From NCBI GenBank assembly GCA_951406725.2, contig OX597817.1:88536001-88600000 (forward strand): DNA of 64,000 bases, read 5' to 3'. The DNA is from Octopus vulgaris (lineage: Eukaryota). The notes below the pieces were generated by a model that saw nothing but the letters and a program-made list of their open reading frames with translations, was not told where the DNA came from and made no database searches. Positions 62,700 through 64,000 of this stretch are shown here, piece by piece. The position numbers and the translations under genes are program-made. Position 1 is the stretch's first letter, and every line of letters begins with the position of its first letter.

Positions 62700-62920
62700 T
62701 CAACAGAAAATGATTCTTTTAAAGCTGACCCTTGGTCTAATACACAGACTGACCTTAAAGGGAGTTGCAATCTCCATTTTGATCCAGTTCTTGATGATGT
62801 CACTGTTGTTGATGGTCGTATTATTGAGAAAATCTGCAAAAGAGCCATAATTGTTCTTCAGTATAAGCAAAAATGGGAGACTCTTGTTGATATTATTCTT
62901 CGCTTCAATGCTTTGACAAA
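62700..62920 (+). CDS. CFAP54: CFAP54 exon, 221 nt, phase 0-2 (STENDSF...FDPVLDDVTVVDG...KWETLVDIILRFNALT)
   Basis: cttttacag| acceptor, AA|gtaaac donor; strongest CFAP54 motif match. Confidence 0.9.
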
Positions 62921-63134
62921 GTAAACATAATTTGTATTTCATTTTATCTTTTTTTATTGTAATCATTATTCAAATGTTTGTACCGTCTTTAATAATTCTT
63001 TTATAAGTCTTTATAGATTATGATATGAACTCCCCTTATTATATAGACCCCTGCCCACCAGAAGATTGTTGTTCAAATTCTACTTTGCTTATAATCAAAA
63101 ATCTTCCTCTCTTAGCGTTATAGATTATATAGGC

Positions 63135-63490
63135 ACATGTATGACTGTGTGGTAAGAAGTTTGCTTCCCAACCACATGGTTTCTGGTTCCGTCTCACTGT
63201 TTCATAACTTGGGTAAGTGGCTTCTACTTTAGCAGACCAAAGCCTTCTGAGTGGATTTGGTAGATGGAAACTGAAAGAAGCCCATAGTATATATGTGTAT
63301 GTGTGTGTGTTTGCTTGACAATTGGTGCTGGTGTGCTTATGTTCCCATAATTTAGTGATTTGACAAAAGAGACTGACAGAATAAATACCAGGCTTAAAAA
63401 ACATAATTACTGGGGTTGAGCCATTTGACCAAAATTTCTTCAAAGTGGTGCCGAAGCATGGCTGCAGTCTAATGATTGAAACGAGTAAAA
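63135..63490 (+). mobile_element. Two adjacent SINEs
   Basis: Same units as 46296-46700. Confidence 0.8.
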
Positions 63491-64000
63491 AATTAAAGAA
63501 AGCTACAGGCTATATAGGTCACTGGCTATATAAGCCACTGGATATATAGGCCACATGGTGTGTAGTTAGGTTGCATTACTTAATAATAAAATAAAAGGTG
63601 CCCTATACTTTGAAACAACTCAAGAGCTCAGTATCATGAGTATTGAATAGTTACATATGTTACTAACAGATGCAGTGTTAATACCAAGAGGTAATATTTA
63701 TCCCCACTTAAATGTGGATGTTCTGTGAGAACAAACTACACAAAGGTAGACACCATGAGTGTTCACTGGCTAATTGTGACACCAGCACCTGTTCTGGCAC
63801 TGTTTTCCTATATATACTGCTGGCAGGGAGATAGGTTGCTACTATCTCTAACAGTTGAATGTCCATTATTGATAAGGCCAAAGAAGGTTGAATACATGTG
63901 ATGGGTGGTTTCAGCACTGAAGGTTGAGGGGATTTATTTCGCCACTAATGGTATAAACAAGAGTGCATTTTGCACCAAAAGCCTGTATGTAAGTTTCTCT

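Larger units (their letters stand above)
9424..62920 (+). other. CFAP54: Internal part of a multi-exon gene, cilia- and flagella-associated protein 54 homolog (both ends outside the window)
   Basis: Eleven AG/GT-bounded exons join in frame, with one phase break across the N gap. Peptides RQVLEKELPYKCQLNMLQAIALFNSLL, SFDYEWISFENSG, ILSHRGELWSSFQN..LW, AADLLLDML and FDPVLDDVTVVD..KWETLVDIILRFN match, in order, my recollection of vertebrate CFAP54 (EMPWRAQMNLYLA..FN, VLAHRGGYWTLLQN, GAELLIDML, FEHPLDDVNVVD..KWETLV). Recognised from memory; no search was run. Confidence 0.85.

Overview
Eukaryotic, AT-rich, microsatellite-rich animal DNA. The SINE, RTE and mariner repertoire looks like a coleoid cephalopod (Octopus-like); that is my inference from recognising the repeats. 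The window lies inside one large + strand gene that I identify as CFAP54 (cilia- and flagella-associated protein 54). I traced 11 GT-AG exons (9424-62920, about 1.19 kb coding) with compatible phases, except for one break spanning a 100-N gap. The introns hold many transposon relics: R4/Dong-type RLE LINEs in (TAA)n tracts, four RTE LINEs, Tx1, CRE and CR1/Jockey fragments, two deleted Ty3/gypsy elements, three near-full Tc1/mariner copies, MITEs and many tRNA-type SINEs. No transposon ORF is intact. The most notable observations are: a 273-bp foldback element with a 12-bp target duplication whose loop folds as a minimal hammerhead ribozyme with a G3:C8 core swap; a second, decayed hammerhead on the sense strand; a dead tandem twin of a 33-nt microexon split by an RTE insertion; and several long intronic inverted repeats that would form dsRNA in the pre-mRNA.
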